DNA of 26,339 nucleotides from Candidatus Omnitrophota bacterium (GTDB lineage Bacteria > Omnitrophota > Gorgyraeia > JABMRG01 > JAFGKX01): NCBI GenBank assembly GCA_016928375.1, contig JAFGKX010000138.1:1-26339 (forward strand). Reading direction: 5' to 3'. Position numbers and translations under genes: made by a program. Every line of letters begins with the position of its first letter. Positions within the stretch are counted from its first letter, which is position 1. Positions 7,193 through 15,649 of this stretch are shown here, in pieces. The notes under the pieces were generated by a model, which was not told the origin of the DNA, made no database searches, and saw only the letters and a program-made list of their open reading frames with translations.

Positions 7193-7251
7193 ATTTCCGC
7201 CGAAGGCGGATTCGCCTGCGGCGGAAAAAATTTAGCCTCCGGCGGAAATTT
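7191..7251. repeat. Cluster of three 15-nt palindromic units within 11-bp terminal inverted repeats; may act as terminator
   Basis: Units TCCGCC-gaa-GGCGGA (7196-7210), TTCGCC-tgc-GGCGGA (7211-7225) and TTAGCC-tcc-GGCGGA (7232-7246). Outer AAATTTCCGCC (7191-7201) / GGCGGAAATTT (7241-7251). T-rich run downstream. Confidence 0.8.
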
Positions 7252-7261
7252 TTAACTTTTT

Positions 7262-8650
7262 ATGTATCCTCAAAACTATAAGATTATACGTATTGCCGCA
7301 GCGATAATACTTTTTGTAATCGCCATTTTTATTTTAAAAATCGCCGTGCCTTATGCATTTATACTGATGACGCTCTCGCTGCTTATGATATGGCAGGGCG
7401 GTGGGCCTTTTGCGGGACTGGTGCTTTTTTTCATCAGCATTCCGTTGATTATTTTTGCATCCTATATTACAAAAAGCCATATATATAATTTCCAAATACT
7501 GATAATGCTTGCTGCAGCCGTGCCTTCCCATTTATTTTATAAAAAAGCAACAGCAGGGCTGCTTGATAAAAACAAAGAATCGGAAAATATTCAGGAACAG
7601 CACAATATTATAAGCAGTCAGACGGCTAAAGACAGAGAACTTACGCAGGCTTTGCTTAAGAAACTGGACAGGTATAATAAGCTCAAAGGCCTGGGCGAGG
7701 TCTTTAACACAAAGCTCTCGCTTAAAGATATATATAATATAATAACAGAAAAATCCTTTGAAATAATAGGCAAGGCAGATGAGGCGAAACTATTTATTGT
7801 ATCCGGCGATCGGCAGAATCTTGAGGTTTGTTCAACGAAAAATGGAAAAGAAGGCAATAGCCACGCATCTGATTCTTTTAACAAATGGGTGCTTAACAAA
7901 GCTCAGCCCCTGCTTATATCGGACGCAACCAGGGATTTTCGCTTTGATTACGAAGACACGCAGCCGCAACCCGGGTATCTTTCGATAATAATAGTGCCGA
8001 TGATGATACAGCAGCGAATAATAGGGCTTTTGCGTTTAGGCAGCAGGAAAAGAGCCGGATTCTGCGAAGAAGATTTAAGGCTTCTGGATTTTATATCCGA
8101 CCTGGCAAGCGCTGCAATAAATAATGCCCGGTTGTATATGCAGACCGAGGAGCTGGCTATAACCGACGGGCTTACGGGGCTGTATGTGCACCGTTATTTC
8201 AAGGAAAGATTATCCGAGGAATTTAACAGGTGCAGGAAAAACAGCCATATGCCGCTCTCTATCATTATGCTCGATATAGACCATTTTAAGGATTATAACG
8301 ATAAATACGGGCACGCTGCCGGAGATAAAGTGCTTAAAGGCATAAGCGAGGCATTGCGTAAGCATACTATGCCAAATAATATACTTGCCCGTTACGGAGG
8401 CGAGGAATTCGTCGTATTGTTTCCGGGTGAGCCCAAAGAAAATATAATACCGGTTGCCGAAGCAATCAGAAAAAAAATCCAATCAATGATGTTTGTGCTA
8501 AGGCGGCAGGAAACGAAAGTAACGGTTTCTGTCGGAGTAGCGGGTTTTCCGCAGGATGCCGCGTCTTCCGAAGAAGAACTGCTTAAAAGAGTGGATTTTC
8601 TGTTGTATAAAGCCAAAAAAGAAGGCCGTAATAAAATATGCGTCAGCTGA
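7262..8650 (+). CDS. Membrane-anchored GAF-GGDEF diguanylate cyclase (no RxxD I-site)
   Basis: Hydrophobic N-terminal helices, coiled linker, GAF-like region (IIVPMMIQQRIIGLL...DLRLL), AITDGLTG, MLDIDHFKDYNDKYGHAAGD, ARYGGEEF (GGEEF at 8396-8410). Confidence 0.93.
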   Translation: MYPQNYKIIRIAAAIILFVIAIFILKIAVPYAFILMTLSLLMIWQGGGPFAGLVLFFISIPLIIFASYITKSHIYNFQILIMLAAAVPSHLFYKKATAGLLDKNKESENIQEQHNIISSQTAKDRELTQALLKKLDRYNKLKGLGEVFNTKLSLKDIYNIITEKSFEIIGKADEAKLFIVSGDRQNLEVCSTKNGKEGNSHASDSFNKWVLNKAQPLLISDATRDFRFDYEDTQPQPGYLSIIIVPMMIQQRIIGLLRLGSRKRAGFCEEDLRLLDFISDLASAAINNARLYMQTEELAITDGLTGLYVHRYFKERLSEEFNRCRKNSHMPLSIIMLDIDHFKDYNDKYGHAAGDKVLKGISEALRKHTMPNNILARYGGEEFVVLFPGEPKENIIPVAEAIRKKIQSMMFVLRRQETKVTVSVGVAGFPQDAASSEEELLKRVDFLLYKAKKEGRNKICVS

Positions 8651-9990
8651 TATCGATAGTTTCAATTGTTTTTATTTATACCGTTTCACTGCTTGCGGCA
8701 AACTATACGAAAAATTATTATTTTATTTTTAACCTATGCGTTATACCCCTTATAGTAAGCGGGTATTTTTTCAGCGAATTCAACAGTTTGCTTCTTGTTT
8801 CATTCTGCTGCATTTTAAATTTATCTTTTATATTCATAGAAAACGCCTCGTATGGGGCTTTTCAGAATATATTTTTACTGCTGACCTGCGTTTCGCTGTC
8901 AACTGTGATGAAAAAGGATTTTAACGGCATTAAAATACGCAAAGAAGATGAGCTCAAAACAATAGATGCCACTCTTGCATCTTTGAGGCAGGAGGCTGTA
9001 AGGGTAAAGAATTCCAGGACTATACTGGAGCATAAATCTGCTGAGATAGGTAAACTTTACCACAGCGCAAAAAAAATGGCGTCATGTTCCGGGCTCGAAG
9101 ACCTGCTGAATACTATGCGCGATATTATAGCCGATTCGCTTAAATTCAAAAAATGTGAGCTTATAACCGTTTATTATGCGCAGGACAGCGTTAAAATAGA
9201 TAAGATATATCAGATAACGAAGGAAAAAATAACGCAAGTAAACATGGTGGATTACGAAGAGGGGCTGCTTAAACTAATGCTGCGCAGAAAACAGCACCTT
9301 GTGATAGATGGCAAACAAGGCAGCGCCAACACTGAAGATTTTGCGTTTCCGGAATATCTAAATACCTTTGCGGCGTTTCCTATAATGTCGGGTGAAAAAA
9401 CAAACGCAATCCTGGCCATAGAGGAATTTGACACAGAACAAAAAGATTTATTCGCTGTTATAGCAAACCAATTTTCCATGGCCTTAGAACGCGCGAGGTT
9501 GTATGAGCTGGTGCAGGAGCTTGCCATTACTGACGGGTTAACCGGTGTATTTGTAAGAAGGCACATGCTTCAACGCCTGGACGAAGAGCTTGTAAGAGCG
9601 GCCCATTTTAATACGCGAGTATCTCTGCTTATGATAGATATAGATGATTTCAAAAAATACAACGATAAACACGGGCATTTAAAAGGGGATGTCTTGCTGA
9701 AAGAAGCAGCTGCTATACTTAAAAATGGCATAAGAGAAATAGATATAATAGGCAGATACGGAGGAGAAGAATTCTGCCTGGTGTTTCCCGATACTGATTC
9801 TAAAGGCGCGGAATTTGTCGCAAACAGGTTAAGGGAAAGCGTAAAGAGTATAGATGCAACAATTAGTGTTGGAATATCGGCATATCCGCACGATGCGGGC
9901 AACGTATCTCAGCTCATAGAGAGAGCGGATAAGATGCTTTATAAGGCAAAGCAATCCGGTAAAGACAAGGTATGTATATATGAAAAATAA
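8638..9990 (+). CDS. Membrane-anchored GAF-GGDEF diguanylate cyclase (RxxD I-site present)
   Basis: Same architecture as the upstream gene. AITDGLTG, MIDIDDFKKYNDKHGHLKGD, REID (9733-9744) five residues before GGEEF (9760-9774). 13-nt overlap with the upstream gene. Confidence 0.93.
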   Translation: MRQLISIVSIVFIYTVSLLAANYTKNYYFIFNLCVIPLIVSGYFFSEFNSLLLVSFCCILNLSFIFIENASYGAFQNIFLLLTCVSLSTVMKKDFNGIKIRKEDELKTIDATLASLRQEAVRVKNSRTILEHKSAEIGKLYHSAKKMASCSGLEDLLNTMRDIIADSLKFKKCELITVYYAQDSVKIDKIYQITKEKITQVNMVDYEEGLLKLMLRRKQHLVIDGKQGSANTEDFAFPEYLNTFAAFPIMSGEKTNAILAIEEFDTEQKDLFAVIANQFSMALERARLYELVQELAITDGLTGVFVRRHMLQRLDEELVRAAHFNTRVSLLMIDIDDFKKYNDKHGHLKGDVLLKEAAAILKNGIREIDIIGRYGGEEFCLVFPDTDSKGAEFVANRLRESVKSIDATISVGISAYPHDAGNVSQLIERADKMLYKAKQSGKDKVCIYEK

Positions 9991-10939
9991 AAAATATATT
10001 ATAGGCGCTGACATAGGAGCAACTTTCGTTAAAATAGGAGCGGTGGATAAATCAGGAAAAGTTATACGCAGAAGCAGTTTTTCTACCGGTGATTTTCCTT
10101 CGAAAAAGGAATTTATCAAGGCCCTATCGGATTGTATTAGCATTATTATAAAAAGCCTTGGCGTTCCAAAGAGCCGGATAACCGGGTTGGGTATCGGCGT
10201 GCCTGGCACTGTAGATTATAAAAACGGCATTGTTCATGGCCTTACCAACATAAAAGGATGGAAAGAAGTGCCGCTTAGAAAAATACTGCAGGGAATTTTT
10301 AAATTTCCGGTATGTATAGATAACGACGCAAATGCCTTCGCCAAAGGCGAGCTTACCTGGGGCAGCGCGCGTAACACCCGCAATGCAATATGCGTTACGC
10401 TTGGCTCTGGTGTCGGCGGCGGAATTATAATAAATGGTGAACTATACCGCGGAAGCAATTATGCCGCCGGCGAAATAGGGCATATGTGCATAGATTTAAA
10501 AGGGCAAAAATGCGCCTGCGGAAATACTGGCTGCCTTGAAACATTCGTGGGTAATGCTTATATTGTTAAGCGCGCAGTAAATCTTATAAAAAAAGGCGCA
10601 AAAACATCGTTAAAAAGCGCAGCCGCAGGCGATTTGTCGCGCATAACGCCGCAGATGATTACTGAAGCGGCCGTAAAAAACGATAAATTTTCCGTAAAAA
10701 TATGGGAAGAAACAGGCGTTTATTTAGCAATAGGGTTATCGGGCGCTGTCAATATGATTAACCCGGAAAAAATAATCATAGCCGGAGGCATTTCAAAAGC
10801 AGGGAAATTTATTTTCGCGCCTTTAAAAAAAGAACTTAAAAAACGCGCCATGAAGACTCATCTAAAAGTGCTTAAGGTAATGCGGGCCGAGCTTGCGGAT
10901 GATGCCGGAATTATCGGAGCTGCATCTTTAATTATATAA
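9980..10939 (+). CDS. ROK-family sugar kinase (glucokinase-like)
   Basis: ATP-binding IGADIGAT at the N-terminus with no HTH, so kinase rather than repressor. DNDANAFA, TLGSGVGGGII, GEIGH, Cys motif CACGNTGCLE, DDAGIIGAA. Confidence 0.93.
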   Translation: MKNKKYIIGADIGATFVKIGAVDKSGKVIRRSSFSTGDFPSKKEFIKALSDCISIIIKSLGVPKSRITGLGIGVPGTVDYKNGIVHGLTNIKGWKEVPLRKILQGIFKFPVCIDNDANAFAKGELTWGSARNTRNAICVTLGSGVGGGIIINGELYRGSNYAAGEIGHMCIDLKGQKCACGNTGCLETFVGNAYIVKRAVNLIKKGAKTSLKSAAAGDLSRITPQMITEAAVKNDKFSVKIWEETGVYLAIGLSGAVNMINPEKIIIAGGISKAGKFIFAPLKKELKKRAMKTHLKVLKVMRAELADDAGIIGAASLII

Positions 10940-10943
10940 ATAT

Positions 10944-13139
10944 ATGCTGTATAATAAAAAATATTTAATAATATCGTTTCTTGTGTGTTCGCTGATTTGC
11001 CTTGTGCATTCCGGTATTTTATTTGCGGAAGAGCTTGAAGGGCCAATCGAATGCAACGGTGACGAAATAGAATACCTGGAAGACGAAAAAAAGGTTATAG
11101 GAAAAGGCCATGTAATTATTACCTATAAAGACACAGTCCTCACATGTGATAAAGTTACGGTCTCAACGGTGACTAGAGAGGCGCAGGCAGAGGGAAACGT
11201 AAAGATAGTCCAGGGTAGTAATTATTTTACCGGAGAATCAATGACATATAACCTGGAAAAAGAGTATGGCACGGTAATGAATTTCAGGGGTTATACAGAT
11301 CCATGGTATGCCAAAGGCAATGAGGCAAAACGCACCGGCCCGGATGAATTTATAGTCAGCCGGGGTTATGTTACCACCTGCGACCGCGAAAATCCGCATT
11401 ATAGAATTGCAGCGAGAAAAGTTTTGATATATCCGAATAAAAAAGTAGTCATAAAGGATGCGACTTTCCGGGTGGGGAATGTCCCTCTTTTATGGCTGCC
11501 TATTTATGTGCATCCATTGGACGATGACCGCCCGCGCGTTACGGTTATACCCGGAAAAAGCAGCGAGTGGGGAGCGTATCTTTTAACGTCATGGCGCTAT
11601 AATTTAGATGACAGCAATAAAGGATATGTTCACCTGGATTACAGGGAGAAAAAAGATTTCGCAGGAGGCGTAGATTATCTTTATAATACAAAGACGCTAG
11701 GAAGCGGCATTGTAAAAACTTACTATACCAAGGAAAGGTCCTTAAAACGCAAACATATATATACTCCTTCAGATGAAGGCGAGCCGACTACAGAGCAGGA
11801 AAAATATCTTGCTCAATGGCGGCATAAATGGGACGCATCCAAGGATACCACGGTAACCGCCGAGTTATATAAATACAAAGATAAGAATTTTCGAAAAGAT
11901 TATTTTTTCAATGAATATGAAAAAGACAATGATCCGAAATCCTATTTATTGATTACAAAAACTCAGCCCATTTATAATTTAAGCGTACTTACCGAAAAAA
12001 GAGCTAACAGGTTCGAGGAGAGGGTTGAGAGACTGCCGGAGATAAGGCTTGAGATTAATAACACCAGAATAGGCGAAAGCAGGTTTTATTATGAAGGAGA
12101 ATACAGCGGCGTTAACCTGAATAAAAAATACCCAAGCAGCACCGATGATAATCCGGTCGCGGATATTGCCAATCACCACACAAACAGGTATGATACGTAT
12201 AATAAATTATCTTATGCGGGCAAACTTGGTTTTTTGAATGTTACGCCGTATACCGGATTAAGAGAAACATATTATCAGAGGGGCTTAAACGGAGAAGACT
12301 ACGGCAGTAATTCTCATGTAAGGGGCGTATTTTATACCGGGGTGGATATAAGCACTAAGTTTTTTAAGGTGTTCAATACTCAATGTTCGCCGCTTGGCAT
12401 GGAAATAAATAACTTAAGGCACATTATTACCCCGAGCATAAATTACAGTTATATACCACCGCCTACCACTAACAGCAGCAGCTTTTTTCAGTTTGATGAA
12501 ATAGATTCCATAGCCCGCAACAATACGGTAGGGCTGACGCTGGAAAATAAATTGCAGACTAAGCGCGGAAAACAGCAGACAGCGATTGACCTGGCGCGCC
12601 TGGGTATCAGCACAACGTATGGTTTTAAACACAATCCCGGGTCGAAGTTTCTGGATTACACAGGCGTACTTGAATTAAAACCTTATAGTTGGCTGACATT
12701 TACCTCCAACACGACCATAGACCCGCATAAACGCTACAATCATGAATGGCTTAAATATATTGGCACGGATGTTGTAGCCAGCGTAAAAGATTTCAGGCTT
12801 GGCCTTTCGCATAGTTATGTTCCGGAGCAAAATAATATAGTCGGCCAGGTAGAATGGCGTATAAACCCGCAATGGAAGATAAGGGCGTACGAAAGTTTCG
12901 ATATAAAAAGCCAGACCGGCAGCAGTAAAAAAATGCACAACCTGAAAGAACAAAGGTATGTAATAACAAAAGACCTGCACTGCTGGGAGGCTGAATTAAA
13001 TTATAATGTTTACAGAGAAAGAGGAGAAGAGATTTTATTGGTATTCAGAATAAAGGCATTCCCGGAAATTCCGTTTGAATACGGCAAAAATTATCATGAA
13101 CCGAAGAGGGGCTCTCAGGGTTCTCAAACGGTGAATTAA
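10944..13139 (+). CDS. lptD: LPS-assembly outer-membrane protein LptD
   Basis: Signal peptide, OstA-like jellyroll N-domain (AEGNVKI), VTTCD...PHYRIAA...LWLP segment, aromatic alternating beta-strands, ERLPEI, and a late HCW motif. 731 aa. Confidence 0.85.
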   Translation: MLYNKKYLIISFLVCSLICLVHSGILFAEELEGPIECNGDEIEYLEDEKKVIGKGHVIITYKDTVLTCDKVTVSTVTREAQAEGNVKIVQGSNYFTGESMTYNLEKEYGTVMNFRGYTDPWYAKGNEAKRTGPDEFIVSRGYVTTCDRENPHYRIAARKVLIYPNKKVVIKDATFRVGNVPLLWLPIYVHPLDDDRPRVTVIPGKSSEWGAYLLTSWRYNLDDSNKGYVHLDYREKKDFAGGVDYLYNTKTLGSGIVKTYYTKERSLKRKHIYTPSDEGEPTTEQEKYLAQWRHKWDASKDTTVTAELYKYKDKNFRKDYFFNEYEKDNDPKSYLLITKTQPIYNLSVLTEKRANRFEERVERLPEIRLEINNTRIGESRFYYEGEYSGVNLNKKYPSSTDDNPVADIANHHTNRYDTYNKLSYAGKLGFLNVTPYTGLRETYYQRGLNGEDYGSNSHVRGVFYTGVDISTKFFKVFNTQCSPLGMEINNLRHIITPSINYSYIPPPTTNSSSFFQFDEIDSIARNNTVGLTLENKLQTKRGKQQTAIDLARLGISTTYGFKHNPGSKFLDYTGVLELKPYSWLTFTSNTTIDPHKRYNHEWLKYIGTDVVASVKDFRLGLSHSYVPEQNNIVGQVEWRINPQWKIRAYESFDIKSQTGSSKKMHNLKEQRYVITKDLHCWEAELNYNVYRERGEEILLVFRIKAFPEIPFEYGKNYHEPKRGSQGSQTVN

Positions 13140-13162
13140 GCTATCCTGAAAGGAAAAATATA

Positions 13163-14458
13163 ATGGAAAAAATCGCGGTCATAGGCACAGGTTATGTGGG
13201 CCTGGTTACCGGAGTCTGTTTTGCTCAGATGGGCAACAAGGTAATCTGCGTCGATAACAACAAAGAAAAGATAGAAATTCTTAAAAGCGGAAAGATCCCG
13301 ATATACGAGCCGGGCCTGCTTGAAATGGCAAAAAAGAATGCAAAGGCGGGCAGGTTATTTTTTTCAACCGAGATAAAAGACGCCGTTGAATTTGCGAAAG
13401 TCATATTTATTGCCGTTGGCACTCCCCCTAAGGAAAATGGCGAGGCGGATTTATCGGCAGTGGAATATGTGTCAAAAGAAATAGCCCGGCACATGAAGTC
13501 ATATAAGCTGATAGTTGAAAAATCCACGGTTCCTGTTGAAACCGGCAGGTGGGTGGAATATACAATGAATACATTCAACAGGCGCAGAATAAAATTTGAT
13601 ATAGCGTCAAACCCGGAATTTTTAAGGGAGGGTTCTGCTATAAAGGATTTTATGCATCCTGACAGAGTGGTTATCGGCGTTAAAAGTAAAAAGGCGGAGC
13701 AGCTGCTGAAAAAGCTGTATAAACCTTTAAAGGCGAGGATAGTCGTAACCGACACAAAAAGCGCCGAAATTATAAAACACGCCTCAAATTCATTTTTGTC
13801 CATGAAGATATCTTTTATCAACACAATCTCGCGTATATGCGATGCCTGCGGCGCGGATGTGAAAAAAGTAGCAGAAGGAATGGGGCTTGATAAAAGGATA
13901 GGCCCTGCTTTTTTAAATGCCGGTATTGGTTACGGGGGTTTTTGCTTTCCGAAGGATTTATCGGCCTTTATACACATGGCAAAAACATTTAATTACAAGG
14001 CCGAGATATTGAATGCAATAGAGAAAGTAAACCATGAACAGCGGATATTCTTTGTCAAAAAAATCAAATCCGCCCTGTGGAATTTAAATAACAAAACCGT
14101 CGGAGTGCTGGGGCTGTCATTTAAGCCCAATACCGATGATATAAGGCTGGCTCCGTCTATCGATATAATAAAAATGCTGCAGATGGAAGGGGTTCGCGTC
14201 AAGGCGTATGACCCTAAAGCAGCGGAGAACGCGAAAAAGGTTTTACGAAATGTCGAATTTTGTAAAGACGCCTATTCTACGGCAAGAGGAAGCGATTGCC
14301 TGGTTATTGTTACGGAATGGCCGGAATTCAAGAATCTTGATTTAAAACGCGTAAAAAAGCTGCTTATCAGGCCGGTTATAGTTGATGGAAGAAATATGTT
14401 CGAGCCGGCAGCGATGCGAAAACTCGGATTTGACTATGTATGCATAGGAAGGAAATAA
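13163..14458 (+). CDS. ugd: UDP-glucose 6-dehydrogenase
   Basis: GTGYVGL Rossmann motif, IAVGTP, KSTVP, SNPEFLREG, catalytic GYGGFCFPKD, LSFKPNTDDIR. Confidence 0.93.
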   Translation: MEKIAVIGTGYVGLVTGVCFAQMGNKVICVDNNKEKIEILKSGKIPIYEPGLLEMAKKNAKAGRLFFSTEIKDAVEFAKVIFIAVGTPPKENGEADLSAVEYVSKEIARHMKSYKLIVEKSTVPVETGRWVEYTMNTFNRRRIKFDIASNPEFLREGSAIKDFMHPDRVVIGVKSKKAEQLLKKLYKPLKARIVVTDTKSAEIIKHASNSFLSMKISFINTISRICDACGADVKKVAEGMGLDKRIGPAFLNAGIGYGGFCFPKDLSAFIHMAKTFNYKAEILNAIEKVNHEQRIFFVKKIKSALWNLNNKTVGVLGLSFKPNTDDIRLAPSIDIIKMLQMEGVRVKAYDPKAAENAKKVLRNVEFCKDAYSTARGSDCLVIVTEWPEFKNLDLKRVKKLLIRPVIVDGRNMFEPAAMRKLGFDYVCIGRK

Positions 14459-14460
14459 AC

Positions 14461-14910
14461 ATGATAAACGGCGTAAAAATAAAAAAACTTAAAATTATTC
14501 CGGATAGCAGGGGCAGGCTCATGGAAATATTGCGCTCTGATGATAAAATATTCAAGAAATTCGGCCAGGTGTATATGACTACCGCAAAGCCCGGTGTGGT
14601 AAAAGCGTGGCACTGGCATAAATTGCAGACAGATAATTTTACCTGCGTCTTTGGTAAAATGAGGCTTGTTCTTTATGATGCGAGAAAAAATTCACCTACA
14701 TATAATAAAATCAATGAATTCGAAGTAAGCACGGAAAAGCCGGCATTGATCCAGATACCTCCGCATATCTATCACGGGTTTAAATGTATAGGCACTAAAG
14801 AGGCAATAGTCATAAATACGGTTACAAGGCCCTATAACCGCAAACATCCCGATGAGTACCGCCTGGATGCGTTTGATAACGGCATAAATTACGATTGGAG
14901 TAAACCATGA
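14461..14910 (+). CDS. Short RmlC-like cupin (dTDP-4-dehydrorhamnose 3,5-epimerase family), 149 aa
   Basis: DSRGRLME, KAWHWH, YDARKNSPTY, QIPPHIYHGF. Start moved to ATG 14461 (SD GGAAGGA upstream, 2 nt after the ugd stop). Canonical RmlC residues are only partly recognisable. Confidence 0.8.
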   Translation: MINGVKIKKLKIIPDSRGRLMEILRSDDKIFKKFGQVYMTTAKPGVVKAWHWHKLQTDNFTCVFGKMRLVLYDARKNSPTYNKINEFEVSTEKPALIQIPPHIYHGFKCIGTKEAIVINTVTRPYNRKHPDEYRLDAFDNGINYDWSKP

Positions 14911-15641
14911 GCAGCAAAGTGAAAGGGGTAATACTTGCAGGAGGCCTGGGCACAAGGCTTTATCCGCTGACTTCCATTACAAACAAACACCTTCTGCCTA
15001 TATATAACAAGCCGATGATATATTATCCTATACAGGCATTGGTAAACGCAGGCATTGAAGATATACTGCTTGTAACAGGAGGTAATAATGCGGGCGATTT
15101 CCTGCGGCTTTTAGGCAGCGGAAAGGAATTTGGTTTAAAACATATAGAATATACCTATCAGAAAGGCGAAGGCGGAATAGCGGACGCTTTAAAGCTTGCT
15201 GAAGATTTTGCCGATGGTAATAAAATAGTGGTAATCCTGGGAGATAATATCATAGAAAAATCCATAAAAACGTTCGTAGATAAATTCGCCGGACAAAAAG
15301 AAGGCGCAAGGATACTGATTAAAAAAGTTCCGGATCCTGAGCGTTTCGGCGTAGTTGAACTAAAACAGGGCAGAATAATAAAAATAACGGAAAAACCAAA
15401 AAAACCAAAAACAGATTATATTGTAACAGGCATATATATGTATGATGCGAAGGTGTTTAAAATAATAAAAACATTAAAGCCATCCAAAAGGGGCGAGCTT
15501 GAGATTACGGATGTAAACAATGAATACATAAGGCTTAAGCAGATGCATTATGATGTGCTGCTGGGATTCTGGACCGATTCAGGCACTTTTGAATCTTTGC
15601 TAAGGGCAAATAACCTTGTGGCGAGAAAAACAAAGGATTAG
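14907..15641 (+). CDS. rmlA: Glucose-1-phosphate thymidylyltransferase (short form)
   Basis: GVILAGGLGTRLYPLT...NKHLLPIYNKPMIYY, ERFGVV, EKPKKP, PSKRGELEITD, WTDSGT. ATGA overlap with the cupin gene. Confidence 0.9.
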   Translation: MSSKVKGVILAGGLGTRLYPLTSITNKHLLPIYNKPMIYYPIQALVNAGIEDILLVTGGNNAGDFLRLLGSGKEFGLKHIEYTYQKGEGGIADALKLAEDFADGNKIVVILGDNIIEKSIKTFVDKFAGQKEGARILIKKVPDPERFGVVELKQGRIIKITEKPKKPKTDYIVTGIYMYDAKVFKIIKTLKPSKRGELEITDVNNEYIRLKQMHYDVLLGFWTDSGTFESLLRANNLVARKTKD

Positions 15642-15649
15642 CTTGTATG
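15639..15649 (+). repeat. 11-nt direct repeat, copy 1 (rmlA / aminotransferase junction)
   Basis: TAGCTTGTATG = stop + CTTGT + start; identical to 16760-16770. Confidence 0.8.
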
